Counted from the stretch's first letter, positions 38,576 to 48,196 are shown. The stretch is DNA of 64,000 nt from Alphaproteobacteria bacterium (GCA_965216755.1 CBDCGL010000011.1:3648001-3712000); one strand, 5' to 3'. Numbers and translations: made by a program. Notes: a model not told the origin generated them from the letters alone.

Positions 38576-39394
38576 ATGGCGACAATCAACACCGATCATG
38601 GCCGCATATGGTTCGAGAGTTTCGATATGACCGCACCATGGATCGACAATCCGGAAACGGTGGTTTTTCATCATGGCGTCGGCATCGACCATGGGATCTG
38701 GAGCCGCTGGTTGCCGCTCTTGGCGGATCGCTACCGGTTGGTGTGGTTCGACATGCTGGGGTTCGGTGCGTCGGAAATTCCGCCCGATAATTACGAATGG
38801 TCGATGGCGGCCCTGGCCGATTGCGCCCTGGCCGTGGCCGATGCCGTCGAGGCGCCACGCTTTCACTATGTCGGCGAGTCGCTGGGCGGCGCGCTTGGCT
38901 TTTATTTGGCCCTACACTATGCGGGGCGATTGTTCTCGATCACGCCCTGCGCGGCGCCGGCCCACGGTGCGGCGGTCGACTGGCTCCAGGAATGGCGCCA
39001 GTTCATTGCCGATAATGGCATGGCCGCCTGGTCGAAACGGATGATGGAGCGCCGCTTTCCGCCCGGTGTAATCAGTGCCGATTTGTGGGCATGGTTTGAT
39101 GGCGTGCAGGCGGCATGCGCGCCCGAGTCGATCCTGGGTAGCGGTGAAATGCTGATCGGTGTCGACCTGCGCGCACAACTGCCGAATATTCGCACCCCGA
39201 CATTGCTCATTACCGCCGATCGAAGCCCGTTTGTGACCGTCCCGATGTCGCTCGCGAACCGGGACTTGATACCGGATTCCGACCTGACCATCATGGCTGG
39301 TTCGCGCCACGGCGCGGTGTTTTCCCATGGGCCGGCCTGCGCGCGCGCGTTTCGCGCTTTCCTCGATCGCCGCGGCCCATTTGCGTTGGATTAG
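38576..39394 (+). CDS. Alpha/beta hydrolase
   Basis: FHHGVG, DMLGFGAS, GESLGG nucleophile elbow, C-terminal His (GSRHG). Confidence 0.88.
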   Translation: MATINTDHGRIWFESFDMTAPWIDNPETVVFHHGVGIDHGIWSRWLPLLADRYRLVWFDMLGFGASEIPPDNYEWSMAALADCALAVADAVEAPRFHYVGESLGGALGFYLALHYAGRLFSITPCAAPAHGAAVDWLQEWRQFIADNGMAAWSKRMMERRFPPGVISADLWAWFDGVQAACAPESILGSGEMLIGVDLRAQLPNIRTPTLLITADRSPFVTVPMSLANRDLIPDSDLTIMAGSRHGAVFSHGPACARAFRAFLDRRGPFALD

Positions 39395-39419
39395 GGGCGA
39401 TTGGGCATCTCTCTATTTT

Positions 39420-39501
39420 GGTGACAGTTTACTAAATACACCATATGTTGGCGATGCTCATAGAGAAGCACCGTATGTGGTGTATTTAGTAAACTGTCAC
39501 C
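39420..39501. repeat. Inverted-repeat element, copy 2 (82 bp)
   Basis: TTTTGGTGACAGTTTACTAAATACACCA...TGGTGTATTTAGTAAACTGTCACCAAAA (perfect IR of about 28 bp including flanks), followed by tandem GTC(AC)CAAAA reiterations. Confidence 0.9.
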
Positions 39502-39530
39502 AAAAGTCCAAAAGTCACCAAAAAATGTGA

Positions 39531-39860
39531 CTAGGCCGGCACCGCTACCCGTGCCTTGATATCGTCGACATAGCGGCCGATGGCGTCGGCGCGCGCGCCC
39601 CAGGCGGGTTGCCCCATGGTTTGCATATCCATGCCCGCATCCAGGGCTTTTGCGCACGTGGCCATGGCGTCCTTATGGGCCGGATTGCTGTCAACGGCGC
39701 TGCGCAAGGCGTTCACGTGCGGCGACAAGCGTTGCCACGCTTCCGCCATAAGTTGCTCTCGCTGTGCGCCGCCGCGGGACAGCTTCATACGAAACCGGTG
39801 CAGTTCGTTGCCGACAATCGTGGCGTGACGACGGATTTCATGCTGAGAGATCGAGCTCAT
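39531..39860 (-). CDS. Hypothetical protein
   Basis: 109-aa helical-looking ORF that fills the gap between genes; no recognised motif. Confidence 0.5.
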   Translation of the reverse strand: MSSISQHEIRRHATIVGNELHRFRMKLSRGGAQREQLMAEAWQRLSPHVNALRSAVDSNPAHKDAMATCAKALDAGMDMQTMGQPAWGARADAIGRYVDDIKARVAVPA

Positions 39861-39988
39861 GGGTTCCCGGTGCCTGCGAGTTGGAATGGGCCGAGCCGGT
39901 CGGCGGTCATCAAGGGAAATAAGCTCAAAAGCCGATCTGTAAAGACGTGTGGGCGGTGGCACATGCGACTCCGCCCGCACGGGGCCCG

Positions 39989-40804
39989 TCAATAGATCTT
40001 GCCAAAATCGCCATGGCGGCCGAGCCCATCCTTGAAACGGGTCGCACCGGCAATTCCTTCGGCTACCAGTGCCGGGCGGCCATTGTACCATTCCTGAATC
40101 AACGCATCGCGCATGTCCAAGCCATGGCTGCGGATCGCCGAGCGCCGGTCGGCGCGCGCGCAGACTTGTGGAAACCGGGCAATCTGATGGGCGATCTCTT
40201 CAGCGGCCTCACGGGCCGTGCCGTTCGCCACCACATATTCGCACAAGCCGATTCGCAAGCATTCTTCCGCCGGCACCTTGCGGCCGGTCAAAATGATTTC
40301 CAGCGCGCGCCCTTGGCCGACCAGCCGGGGCAGGCGCACCGTGCCGCCATCGACCAGTGGGACGCCCCAACGGCGACAGTAGACGCCGAGATAGGCATCT
40401 TCCTGCATCACGCGAAAGTCGCACCAGAGAGCCAATTCCATGCCGCCGGCGACCGCCGGGCCGGCAATCGCGGCGATGACCGGTTTGTCGAGCTCGAGGC
40501 GCGACGGCCCCATCGGCCCGCGCGGGATGTCGCCGCCATTGCCGCGCGCCTGCGCCGGTGGGATATCGAGGTGGTCCAGCGGGCCGTCTTGATCGAGACT
40601 GCTGGCATATTTCAGATCGAAGCCGGCGCAAAAGGCGCCACCGGCGCCGTAAAAGACCGCAACCGCGGCGTCGGGATCTGCATCGAAGGCCAAGAATGCA
40701 TCGGTCAGGGCGTCCGCGCTGGCCGGATCCATCGCGTTGCGCGCCTCTGGCCGATCGTGAACCACGGTCCAGACTTTGTCATGTTTGTCGATCGTCACTG
40801 TCAT
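39989..40804 (-). CDS. Enoyl-CoA hydratase/crotonase family protein
   Basis: RPEARNAMD, AFCAGFDLK, KPVIAAI.GPAVAGGMELALWCD, CRRWGVPLVDGG. Confidence 0.92.
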   Translation of the reverse strand: MTVTIDKHDKVWTVVHDRPEARNAMDPASADALTDAFLAFDADPDAAVAVFYGAGGAFCAGFDLKYASSLDQDGPLDHLDIPPAQARGNGGDIPRGPMGPSRLELDKPVIAAIAGPAVAGGMELALWCDFRVMQEDAYLGVYCRRWGVPLVDGGTVRLPRLVGQGRALEIILTGRKVPAEECLRIGLCEYVVANGTAREAAEEIAHQIARFPQVCARADRRSAIRSHGLDMRDALIQEWYNGRPALVAEGIAGATRFKDGLGRHGDFGKIY

Positions 40805-40959
40805 CTTGGGGCTCCTGGTGAGCGGCCACAGAACCGTTTGCGCGCCATGCGCACGGGTCATGGCCTTGATCAAGTTGGGCGGGTCGGGAAAGATAACGCA
40901 TGCCGGTCGCGCGCCTTGCACAAAGCGGCGCCCAACATCATCGAAAGGAGCCGCCTGCC

Positions 40960-41955
40960 ATGCGACACACGGTCTTTGCTTTGGCTGCATTGCTGGTCTT
41001 GACCGCCGCGTCGATCGCGCGGTCCGCGGATGCCGACGAGTTCGCCATCGAGGCACCGCCACAAACTGTCGCCGCCGGCTCTATCGGTGGCTCTTGGTTT
41101 ATTATTACGACGTCGTTTTTCGAGTTGTTCGCCAACCACATCGAGAATCTGCAATACACCATCGTGCCCGGCGGCGCGATCTCCAACCCGATCGCGGTCG
41201 ACCAAGGCATGGCGACCCTGGCCATGGGTTACACATCGATGCTGAAGGCCGCGCAAGACGGTGTGCATCCGTTTCAGAGCGCCATGCCGGATTTGCGCGG
41301 CATCGCCAATATCAATGCCGCGGGCGTCGTGCACGCGTTCGTTTTGGCCGACTCGGGGATCGAGGCGTGGGAAGACTTGGCGGCCAAATCCTATCCGCTC
41401 AAGGTCGATACTGGTCCCCGTGGCACCGGCGGCGAGCTGGCCGCGAGTCGGGCCCTGACGCTGGTTGGCGCCGGCTACGACGCATTGCGCGATTGGGGCG
41501 GATCCATCACCCATTCGTCGTATCGTGAGGCGACCGACCGCATGAAGGACGGTCACATCGAAGCGTTTATCAATGACGACATCATTGGCAATCCCACATT
41601 TGTCGATCTGGCCTTGGCGCGCGACGTCGTGTTGTTGCCAATGCAACAGACTATGATCGACGAGATGGTGGCGACACACGGTTACGTGCCCGCCGTCATC
41701 CCGGCCAACACCTATGAAGGTCAAACGGTGGACATACCGTCGACGGCGCAGCATTTCGTTTTCATGGGCCACAAGGACACACCGGACGATCTGGTCTATG
41801 CGATGACCAAACTAATTTTTGAGAACAAGGACCATCTGGTCGCCACGCATCAGATCTTCGCCGCGCTCGACGTTGCGGTCGGACCCCGGCATTTTCCGAT
41901 CCCGTTGCATCCGGGGGCGGCGCGCTACTACCGCGAGGTCGGCGTGCTCGACTAG
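40960..41955 (+). CDS. TAXI-family TRAP solute-binding protein
   Basis: Signal peptide; AGSIGGSWF, PGGAISN, IPANTY.GQ, PLHPGAARYYREVG. Confidence 0.9.
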   Translation: MRHTVFALAALLVLTAASIARSADADEFAIEAPPQTVAAGSIGGSWFIITTSFFELFANHIENLQYTIVPGGAISNPIAVDQGMATLAMGYTSMLKAAQDGVHPFQSAMPDLRGIANINAAGVVHAFVLADSGIEAWEDLAAKSYPLKVDTGPRGTGGELAASRALTLVGAGYDALRDWGGSITHSSYREATDRMKDGHIEAFINDDIIGNPTFVDLALARDVVLLPMQQTMIDEMVATHGYVPAVIPANTYEGQTVDIPSTAQHFVFMGHKDTPDDLVYAMTKLIFENKDHLVATHQIFAALDVAVGPRHFPIPLHPGAARYYREVGVLD

Positions 41956-41966
41956 GGCGCGGACCC

Positions 41967-43868
41967 ATGGCGTCCGCGATTTCAGTCGGCGGTCAGCGCG
42001 ATCTGCGGCGTTGGGCCGGCGTCGCTGTGCGTTGGTTTTGCGTCGCCATCATTGGCTATCATTTGGCGGCGGCCCAATTCGGCGCGCCCGAGGTGCTCAA
42101 GTTCCGGCCCACGCACATGGCCATGTATGTCTGCCTGATCATGCTGGTCTATGGCCTGCGCGGGCGCGACGAACGCCATGTGCCGCCCTGGTGGGACTGG
42201 GTGTTGGCCGCCTCGGCGTGGGCGCCGGTGGCCTATATCTACGCCAACTATAGCTATGTGGTTGAGCGCTATCCGTACGTGACGCTTCTCAAGCCCGCGG
42301 ATTGGGTGGTTGGCGTGCTCGCCATTTTGCTGGTCGTCGAAGCATGCCGTCGCGCGGTTGGCCTGACGCTGGTGCTGCTGCTGCTGTTCTTTGTTCTCCA
42401 CGCGCTGTTCGGACCCTATTTTCCCGGACCGTTGGCGCAAGCGGCAGTGGCGCCAATGCGCCTGGTCGATCATCTGTTCATGACCACATCGGGTTTGTAC
42501 GGATCGATCACCGGTATTTCCGCCACCTACGTGCTGATGTTCGTGTTGCTGGGGGCGATGCTGGAACAGGCCCGTGGCGGCGATCTATTCATGAACTTGG
42601 CCGCCGGGCTGATGGGCCGCGCACCGGGCGGGCCGGGCAAGGCGGCTGTATTGGCGAGCGGCTTGTTTGGTTCGATTTCCGGGGCGGCCGTCGCCAATGT
42701 CTACGCGACCGGCACGTTTACCATTCCACTGATGATCCGGACCGGGTTTCAGCGGCGATTCGCCGCCGCTGTCGAGGCGGTCGCGTCCGCGAGTGGCCAA
42801 TTGGTGCCGCCGATTATGGGCTCGGCGGCGTTCCTGATCGCTGATTTTACCCGCACCCCCTATCTGGACGTGGCCGCCGCCGCCGCCGTGCCGGCGTTGT
42901 TCTATCTTTTTGCCGTTTACGTGATGGTCCATTTGGAAGCAATGCGTTTCGACCTGCCGGCGATGGCCCCGGATATGGTTGCCAGGGCACGGCGCGAGAT
43001 TTTGCAGGATTTGCATATGATCCTGGTTCTGGTGGTCGTGGTGGTGATGTTGATCGATCGCCGAACACCATTCTTTGCTGCCTACATTGGTGTCATCAGT
43101 ACGGTCGTATTGGCCATGGCGCGGCGCCATACGCGGCTGAGCGTCACCCGTGTCATCGATGCTTTCGAGATCGGCGCCCGGCGGATCGCGCCGATCGCGG
43201 CTGCCTTGTTCGTGGCAGCATTGATCGTTGGCGTGATCGAGTTATCGGGGCTGGGGTTGCGGTTTACCTCGCTTTTGCTCAGTGTCACCGGCGGCAATTT
43301 GCTGTTGACGCTGATCTTGGTCATGGTGAGCTGTATTGTCCTGGGCATGGGCCTACCCACTTCGGCGGCTTATATGATTGTCGCAATATTCGGTGCGCCG
43401 GCTTTGATCAAGCTCGACATTGAACCCTTAGCTGCCCATTTTTTCGTTTTCTACTATGCGATCATATCGGCGATCACACCACCGGTGGCGGTGGCGGCGT
43501 ACGCGGCGGCCACAATCGCGCAAACGCCTCTTCAGGCGACCGGTTGGAACGCCATGAAACTGGGCGCCGCGGTGTATGTTGTGCCGTTCGCCCTCGTATA
43601 TAGCCCTTCTTTGCTGCTGATCGGCGACCCTGCCACGATTGCGCTGGCGACGGTCAGTGGGTTGTTGGGTATTGTCGCCCTGGGCACGGCCGTACAGGGC
43701 TATGTCCTTGGCGCGCTGGCGGCGCCCGGTCGCGTCATGACGGGCGTTGCGGCCGTGGCGCTGATGCATGGCGATTGGCGCACCGACATCGCCGGTGTTG
43801 CCGTGTTTGGCACGGTCCTCGCCTACCAATGGCAACGACGCGCGGCGGCGAATGGGGAAACAGTATGA
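41967..43868 (+). CDS. TRAP fused permease (DctQM, 4TM/12TM)
   Basis: GGPGKAAV, SGAAVANV..TGTFTIP, PPIMGSAAF, LGMGLPT, ITPPVA. Confidence 0.92.
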   Translation: MASAISVGGQRDLRRWAGVAVRWFCVAIIGYHLAAAQFGAPEVLKFRPTHMAMYVCLIMLVYGLRGRDERHVPPWWDWVLAASAWAPVAYIYANYSYVVERYPYVTLLKPADWVVGVLAILLVVEACRRAVGLTLVLLLLFFVLHALFGPYFPGPLAQAAVAPMRLVDHLFMTTSGLYGSITGISATYVLMFVLLGAMLEQARGGDLFMNLAAGLMGRAPGGPGKAAVLASGLFGSISGAAVANVYATGTFTIPLMIRTGFQRRFAAAVEAVASASGQLVPPIMGSAAFLIADFTRTPYLDVAAAAAVPALFYLFAVYVMVHLEAMRFDLPAMAPDMVARARREILQDLHMILVLVVVVVMLIDRRTPFFAAYIGVISTVVLAMARRHTRLSVTRVIDAFEIGARRIAPIAAALFVAALIVGVIELSGLGLRFTSLLLSVTGGNLLLTLILVMVSCIVLGMGLPTSAAYMIVAIFGAPALIKLDIEPLAAHFFVFYYAIISAITPPVAVAAYAAATIAQTPLQATGWNAMKLGAAVYVVPFALVYSPSLLLIGDPATIALATVSGLLGIVALGTAVQGYVLGALAAPGRVMTGVAAVALMHGDWRTDIAGVAVFGTVLAYQWQRRAAANGETV

Positions 43869-44344
43869 TCATGCGGATAACTCTGTTGAGTTCGCTGGTG
43901 TGGGTTTGTTGGTGGGGCGATACCTATGCTGTTGCCCAAGACCAAATAAGCGGCTCCGCTAAAGCATTGTCGGGCAATATGCTGGTTGTCGGCGGTCGGC
44001 CCGTGCGCTTGTTTGGTGTCAATGCCTTGGCCTTGAACCAACACTGCTCCAATGCGCTGATCGATGCTTATCCGTGTGGCAAGGTGGCGGCCGGCAAGTT
44101 GGGTATGGTGATGCGCAATCAAACGGTCCGCTGCGCGCCGGTCTCAGATCGTGGCGACACGGCCGGTCCGCCGCTCAGCGCTGTTTGCCACGTTGAATCG
44201 ATCGATTTGGGAGCCTGGATCATCGGCAATGGATTGGCTTATGCGGATCGCAGCCAAAGCGATGCGTATGTTGCCGTCGAGGCGCGGGCACGCGCGGCCG
44301 GCATCGGCATGTGGGCGGGCCGGCTTTTGGATTCACCTGAATAG
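43865..44344 (+). CDS. Thermonuclease (SNase)-family secreted protein, possibly catalytically degenerate
   Basis: VRLFGVNA...YPCG...D.GAW....GLA...YVAVE..ARAAGIGMW. The canonical DGDT and D.PE residues are replaced (SGNM, NALA). Confidence 0.75.
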   Translation: MIMRITLLSSLVWVCWWGDTYAVAQDQISGSAKALSGNMLVVGGRPVRLFGVNALALNQHCSNALIDAYPCGKVAAGKLGMVMRNQTVRCAPVSDRGDTAGPPLSAVCHVESIDLGAWIIGNGLAYADRSQSDAYVAVEARARAAGIGMWAGRLLDSPE

Positions 44345-44381
44345 TTGTATCGCCTCGCAATTGTCGATGGATGCCGGTGTG

Positions 44382-44669
44382 TCAACCGTGGGCAATTGGT
44401 TTGTCGGTAAACAGATAGTCGCGCAGCTCTTTTTCGAAAGACGGATCCTTGCGCCGGATCCACTCCAGGACCATGGCGGCGTGTTCTTTTTCTTCGTCGC
44501 GATTGTGCGCCAGGATCGCCTTTAAGGATTCGTCGCGGCAGGCATCGACACGCTGATTGTACCAGTCGACGGCTTCCAGCTCTTCCATCAACGACGTGAT
44601 TGCCCGATGCATGTCACGGGTCTCGTCGGTCAGCTCTTCGATCGGTTCGTGATAGCCTTCGTTGGCCAT
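44382..44669 (-). CDS. Encapsulated-ferritin-type ferritin-like protein (EncFtn/Flp), without a targeting tail
   Basis: YHEP.EEL...RDMHRAI.SLMEELEAVDWYNQR...HNRDEEKEHAAM.LEWIRR. RBS AGGAGG. Confidence 0.92.
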   Translation of the reverse strand: MANEGYHEPIEELTDETRDMHRAITSLMEELEAVDWYNQRVDACRDESLKAILAHNRDEEKEHAAMVLEWIRRKDPSFEKELRDYLFTDKPIAHG

Positions 44670-44936
44670 GGCGTGGTCCTCCTTGGTTCCATTGCGCGAC
44701 ACTGCAGCGTCAACCTACGCTGTCACGATCACAAGAACAATCGTCGCAATGGGCCTGAGCCGAATAGTCATAAACTATTGATCGACAATGCGCGATCCTA
44801 TTTGGAACACCGCGCGCATGGCCGCCGGACAAAGGCAAGCGGCCCTGCCTGGTTCGGCCATCGTCGCCGTGGAAATCCGACCGGGTCAATCTACGTTCAT
44901 TGCCAGTTCTATGCCGGATGAATAGGGCCGATCGTT

Positions 44937-45512
44937 ATGTACGGAATGGTGAACAACGCGATTCGTGACTATGTTCGCGACGCGCACGGTGAAGCCGCAT
45001 GGCAGGAAATCGCTGAGAAAGCGGGCGTTGACGCGGGCGAGTTCGGCTCGGTGACACCCTATAGTGATGCCGTGACGTTGGCCATTGTCGGGGAAAGCTG
45101 TGCGGTTCTGGATATCGAGCCGGAGGCGTTCTTGTTTGCCATCGGCCAGCGTTGGGTGCGTTATGCGGCCCAGTCGAGTTTTTCGGCCTTGCTCAAATTC
45201 GGTGGCCGCAACTTCGAAGAAATCGTGCAAAATCTCGATCAAATTCATACGAGAATCAAAGTGAGTTTGCCGGAACTGGTGCTGCCGTCATTTCGCGTCG
45301 AACGGGCATCGGACGAGCAGCTTCTTGTTCACTACGCATCACAGCGCGAAGGCTTATTCCGGTTTGTGGAAGGCCTGTTTCACGGCCTGGCCGAGCATTT
45401 CGGCCAAGGAATTGAAATAGAAAGTTTCGAACCCACCGGTCCCAATGCGGCAACATGGCGCATTCGGATCTGGGGCCAAGTGTGCGGCGCGCCAGCGCAC
45501 GAGGGCGTTTGA
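44937..45512 (+). CDS. H-NOX heme NO-binding protein
   Basis: MYGMVN start, Y.D..T, proximal His (LDQIH), PSF, YxSxR (YASQR), GLFHGLA..F. Confidence 0.92.
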   Translation: MYGMVNNAIRDYVRDAHGEAAWQEIAEKAGVDAGEFGSVTPYSDAVTLAIVGESCAVLDIEPEAFLFAIGQRWVRYAAQSSFSALLKFGGRNFEEIVQNLDQIHTRIKVSLPELVLPSFRVERASDEQLLVHYASQREGLFRFVEGLFHGLAEHFGQGIEIESFEPTGPNAATWRIRIWGQVCGAPAHEGV

Positions 45513-45635
45513 AGCCCCAGTGCTTGTATCGGCCGTGCCCATGATTTGTACATTCGATGACCTGAGGTCCGTTCAAACACTCCGGTTTGAACAGATCCCG
45601 ACATAACCGTTGAGAACTCAAACAAGACGGCGTTC

Positions 45636-47438
45636 ATGGGGGCGGTACTTACATCTTCACTAATTCAGGCGTGTCCCTATGCGTTCGCTGTCGATCCGCA
45701 GGGCTTCATCCAAGACGTTGGCGCCTATCTTGGTGGTCGGGTCGCCGGGTTGATTGGCCAACATTTTGATGCGGCATTCGCGGTGGGTGGGCCCAAGGCA
45801 AAAGAAGGTCGGGCCAGTCACGATGTGGCCGTGGCCAAATCCTTGTCCGGAGAGCGCATTGAGCTTGAAGTCCTTGGGGCCCCGAACCTAGTGATTGTTG
45901 GGACGTTTTTCGCGACCAATGAGGGGCGCCATGTCTTTATTGGCACACTATCGCCGAGCCTGGCAACAGAAGTCGACAAACTCAATCTGACCGTCAGCGA
46001 TTTCGCCCCATTCGACGTGCTGCCAGACTTCGCCATGATGGCCCAAATCAATCATTCGGTCTTGGTTGACACGCGCCTTCTCAACCACAAATTGACCAAA
46101 GCGCGCGATGATGCGATCGCGGCGCAGCAGGCCATCGAAGCGGTGGCCATGCGTGACAGTCTGACCGGCTTGGGCAGCCGGGCCGCTTTTCGCCAGTTTG
46201 TCGGCGCAACTGACTCGGACGGTTGCAACGTTGTGCATCTGTTGCTGTTCGATCTCAATCGATTCAAGCCCATCAATGACCAGTTCGGCCACCAAGTTGG
46301 TGATCAATTGCTGGAAGTCGTCGGTCAACGGATCAAGGAGTCGGTTGGTGATTTGGGAAAACCGTATCGGTTGGGTGGCGATGAGTTTTCGGTCGTTTAC
46401 GTCGATGTCGACCGCGACACTGTTGCGCGCAATGCCAGCGCCATAATCCGCGCTGTCAGCCAAGAATGCATCATCGAAAATAAATCGATTCGAGTCGGCG
46501 CCAGCGGCGGCCTGGCGACGTGCCCCGATGATGTCTCTGATTGCCAGAGCCTTTACAAAGCCGCCGATATTGCCCTTTATGACGCCAAGACAGACAAAGA
46601 CCGGGACCTGGTTTGTTTTAACAGCGACTTGGCGAACCGCGCGCTAGAGATGACTGTTTTACAAGCTGAGCTCGTTCACGCCGTTCACGATCGCCAGTTT
46701 ACCAACGTCTACCAGCCCAAATTCGATCTTGACTCAGGCGAATTGGTTGGCGTCGAGGCTCTGGTTCGTTGGCACAATGAACGTCGAAATGGTTTCGTCT
46801 CACCAATGGAGTTCATTCCGCTCGCCGAGCAAACTGGTCTGGTGCCGCACATCGACCTGCAGGTCTGTGATCGCGCGTTTCGGCAATTGAGGATTTGGGC
46901 GGATCGGGGCATTATGGTACCGGTCAGTGTCAATCTGTCGCCCATTACGTTGGAACAAAGTGACTTGATGGGGCAGTTCGACAAGCTCCTGCGGCGCCAC
47001 GGTGTCGCAGAATCCGACGTTGAAGTGGAAATCACCGAGCAGGCGATTATTCGCAATAGTGAAGCTGTCGAGCGTAATCTCAAAGGTTTTCGCGAACGGC
47101 GGATCAGCATTGCCATCGATGATTTCGGCGCCGGTCAGACCAGTCTGTCATATCTGAAACGTTTGCCTGTGTCCCATCTGAAGCTGGATCGGTCACTGAT
47201 CCAGGATATCGATACCAGTCGCCCAGGCTTCGTCATCGTCGCGACCCTGATCAAGTTGGCCAAGAGCCTGGGTCTTAAGCTGACCGCCGAAGGCATCGAA
47301 AACGAGTTTCAGGCCGATCTGTTGCGCGAGCCCGGTGGTGTGACCGGCCAAGGCTTCTTTTTGGCGCGACCGCTTGCTGCCGACGCACTCGACCCGATTT
47401 TGGGTCCGTCGGGTGCACGCGTGCGCCAAGCGGTTTAA
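45636..47438 (+). CDS. HNOBA/PAS-GGDEF-EAL c-di-GMP enzyme
   Basis: N-terminal sGC-type PAS-like segment (CPYAFAVD...LTVSDFAPFD), DSLTGL, RLGGDEF, VEALVRW, IDDFGAG, AEGIE, QGF. Confidence 0.9.
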   Translation: MGAVLTSSLIQACPYAFAVDPQGFIQDVGAYLGGRVAGLIGQHFDAAFAVGGPKAKEGRASHDVAVAKSLSGERIELEVLGAPNLVIVGTFFATNEGRHVFIGTLSPSLATEVDKLNLTVSDFAPFDVLPDFAMMAQINHSVLVDTRLLNHKLTKARDDAIAAQQAIEAVAMRDSLTGLGSRAAFRQFVGATDSDGCNVVHLLLFDLNRFKPINDQFGHQVGDQLLEVVGQRIKESVGDLGKPYRLGGDEFSVVYVDVDRDTVARNASAIIRAVSQECIIENKSIRVGASGGLATCPDDVSDCQSLYKAADIALYDAKTDKDRDLVCFNSDLANRALEMTVLQAELVHAVHDRQFTNVYQPKFDLDSGELVGVEALVRWHNERRNGFVSPMEFIPLAEQTGLVPHIDLQVCDRAFRQLRIWADRGIMVPVSVNLSPITLEQSDLMGQFDKLLRRHGVAESDVEVEITEQAIIRNSEAVERNLKGFRERRISIAIDDFGAGQTSLSYLKRLPVSHLKLDRSLIQDIDTSRPGFVIVATLIKLAKSLGLKLTAEGIENEFQADLLREPGGVTGQGFFLARPLAADALDPILGPSGARVRQAV

Positions 47439-47444
47439 TGGAGT

Positions 47445-48065
47445 TCAGGTGAGCGGAATCGACGCGATGTGCCGGTCGAACCCGGGTCGGGCGAGCAGGC
47501 GCGCGTACCAGGCTTCGAGCGCCGGCATGGCTGGTCGCGACGCTACCAATTGAAACCAGCGCCAGGCCATTGGGCCGAGCGGGATGTCGGCCATGGTGAA
47601 CTGATCGCCCATCACCCAGGCACGGCCCCGCAGGCGCTCATCCAGGATCGCCCAAATCGGTATGGCGGCCGCGATCGCGTCGTCGATTTGGTCGCGGGTG
47701 TATTTGTCCGGTTCGCGCACCAGCCCCCAAAAAATCGTGGTCATGGCACTGAGCACGGTTGTCTGTTGCCAGTCCATCCATCGATCCGCGTCGGCGCGGG
47801 CTTGAGGCATATCCGGGCAAAGCGTGCCGCGCCCGTGTTTGGCCGCCAGGTAGCGGACGATAGCGTTGCTTTCCCACAGCACGAAACCATCGTCGTCGAT
47901 GGTTGGGACCACTGCGTTCGGGTTGCGCGCCAGCATGTCGGCGTCGCGCGTGCGGCCAAATTGGCCGCCCGCGTCCTCCCGTTCATAGGCCAAACCAAGT
48001 TCGGCGCAGCACCACACGACCTTTTGCACATTCGACGAATTTTCGCGTCCCCAAATTTTTAGCAT
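47445..48065 (-). CDS. Glutathione S-transferase (GstB-like)
   Basis: MLKIWGR.NSSNVQKV, NPNAVVP, LWESNAIVRYL, FTMADI. Confidence 0.92.
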   Translation of the reverse strand: MLKIWGRENSSNVQKVVWCCAELGLAYEREDAGGQFGRTRDADMLARNPNAVVPTIDDDGFVLWESNAIVRYLAAKHGRGTLCPDMPQARADADRWMDWQQTTVLSAMTTIFWGLVREPDKYTRDQIDDAIAAAIPIWAILDERLRGRAWVMGDQFTMADIPLGPMAWRWFQLVASRPAMPALEAWYARLLARPGFDRHIASIPLT

Positions 48066-48091
48066 GCCATCCTCCCTATTTCGGTGGTTTC

Positions 48092-48174
48092 GGTGACAGT
48101 TTACTAAATACACAACATAGACTAGTGAAATGTTAGGGGCATGCACAAGGTAGCGTACTTAGTAAACTGTCACC
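48092..48174. repeat. Inverted-repeat element, copy 3 (83 bp)
   Basis: TTTCGGTGACAGTTTACTAAATACAC...GCGTACTTAGTAAACTGTCACCGAAA. Terminal words are duplicated on both flanks (TTTCGGTG x2; ACCGAAATG x2). Confidence 0.9.
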
Positions 48175-48196
48175 GAAATGACCGAAATGGAGATGC

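Noticed and set aside
47445-48146. N-terminal extension of the GST (MHAPNISLVYVVYLVNCH...) and small ORFs containing GDSLLN / LSKLSP / YLVNCH
   Set aside because: These peptides are translations of the inverted-repeat element. The GST has its own RBS and ATG at 48065.
22766-48174. The three repeats as a CRISPR array
   Set aside because: They are dispersed inverted pairs with related cores, not tandem direct repeats with unique spacers, and no cas genes are present.
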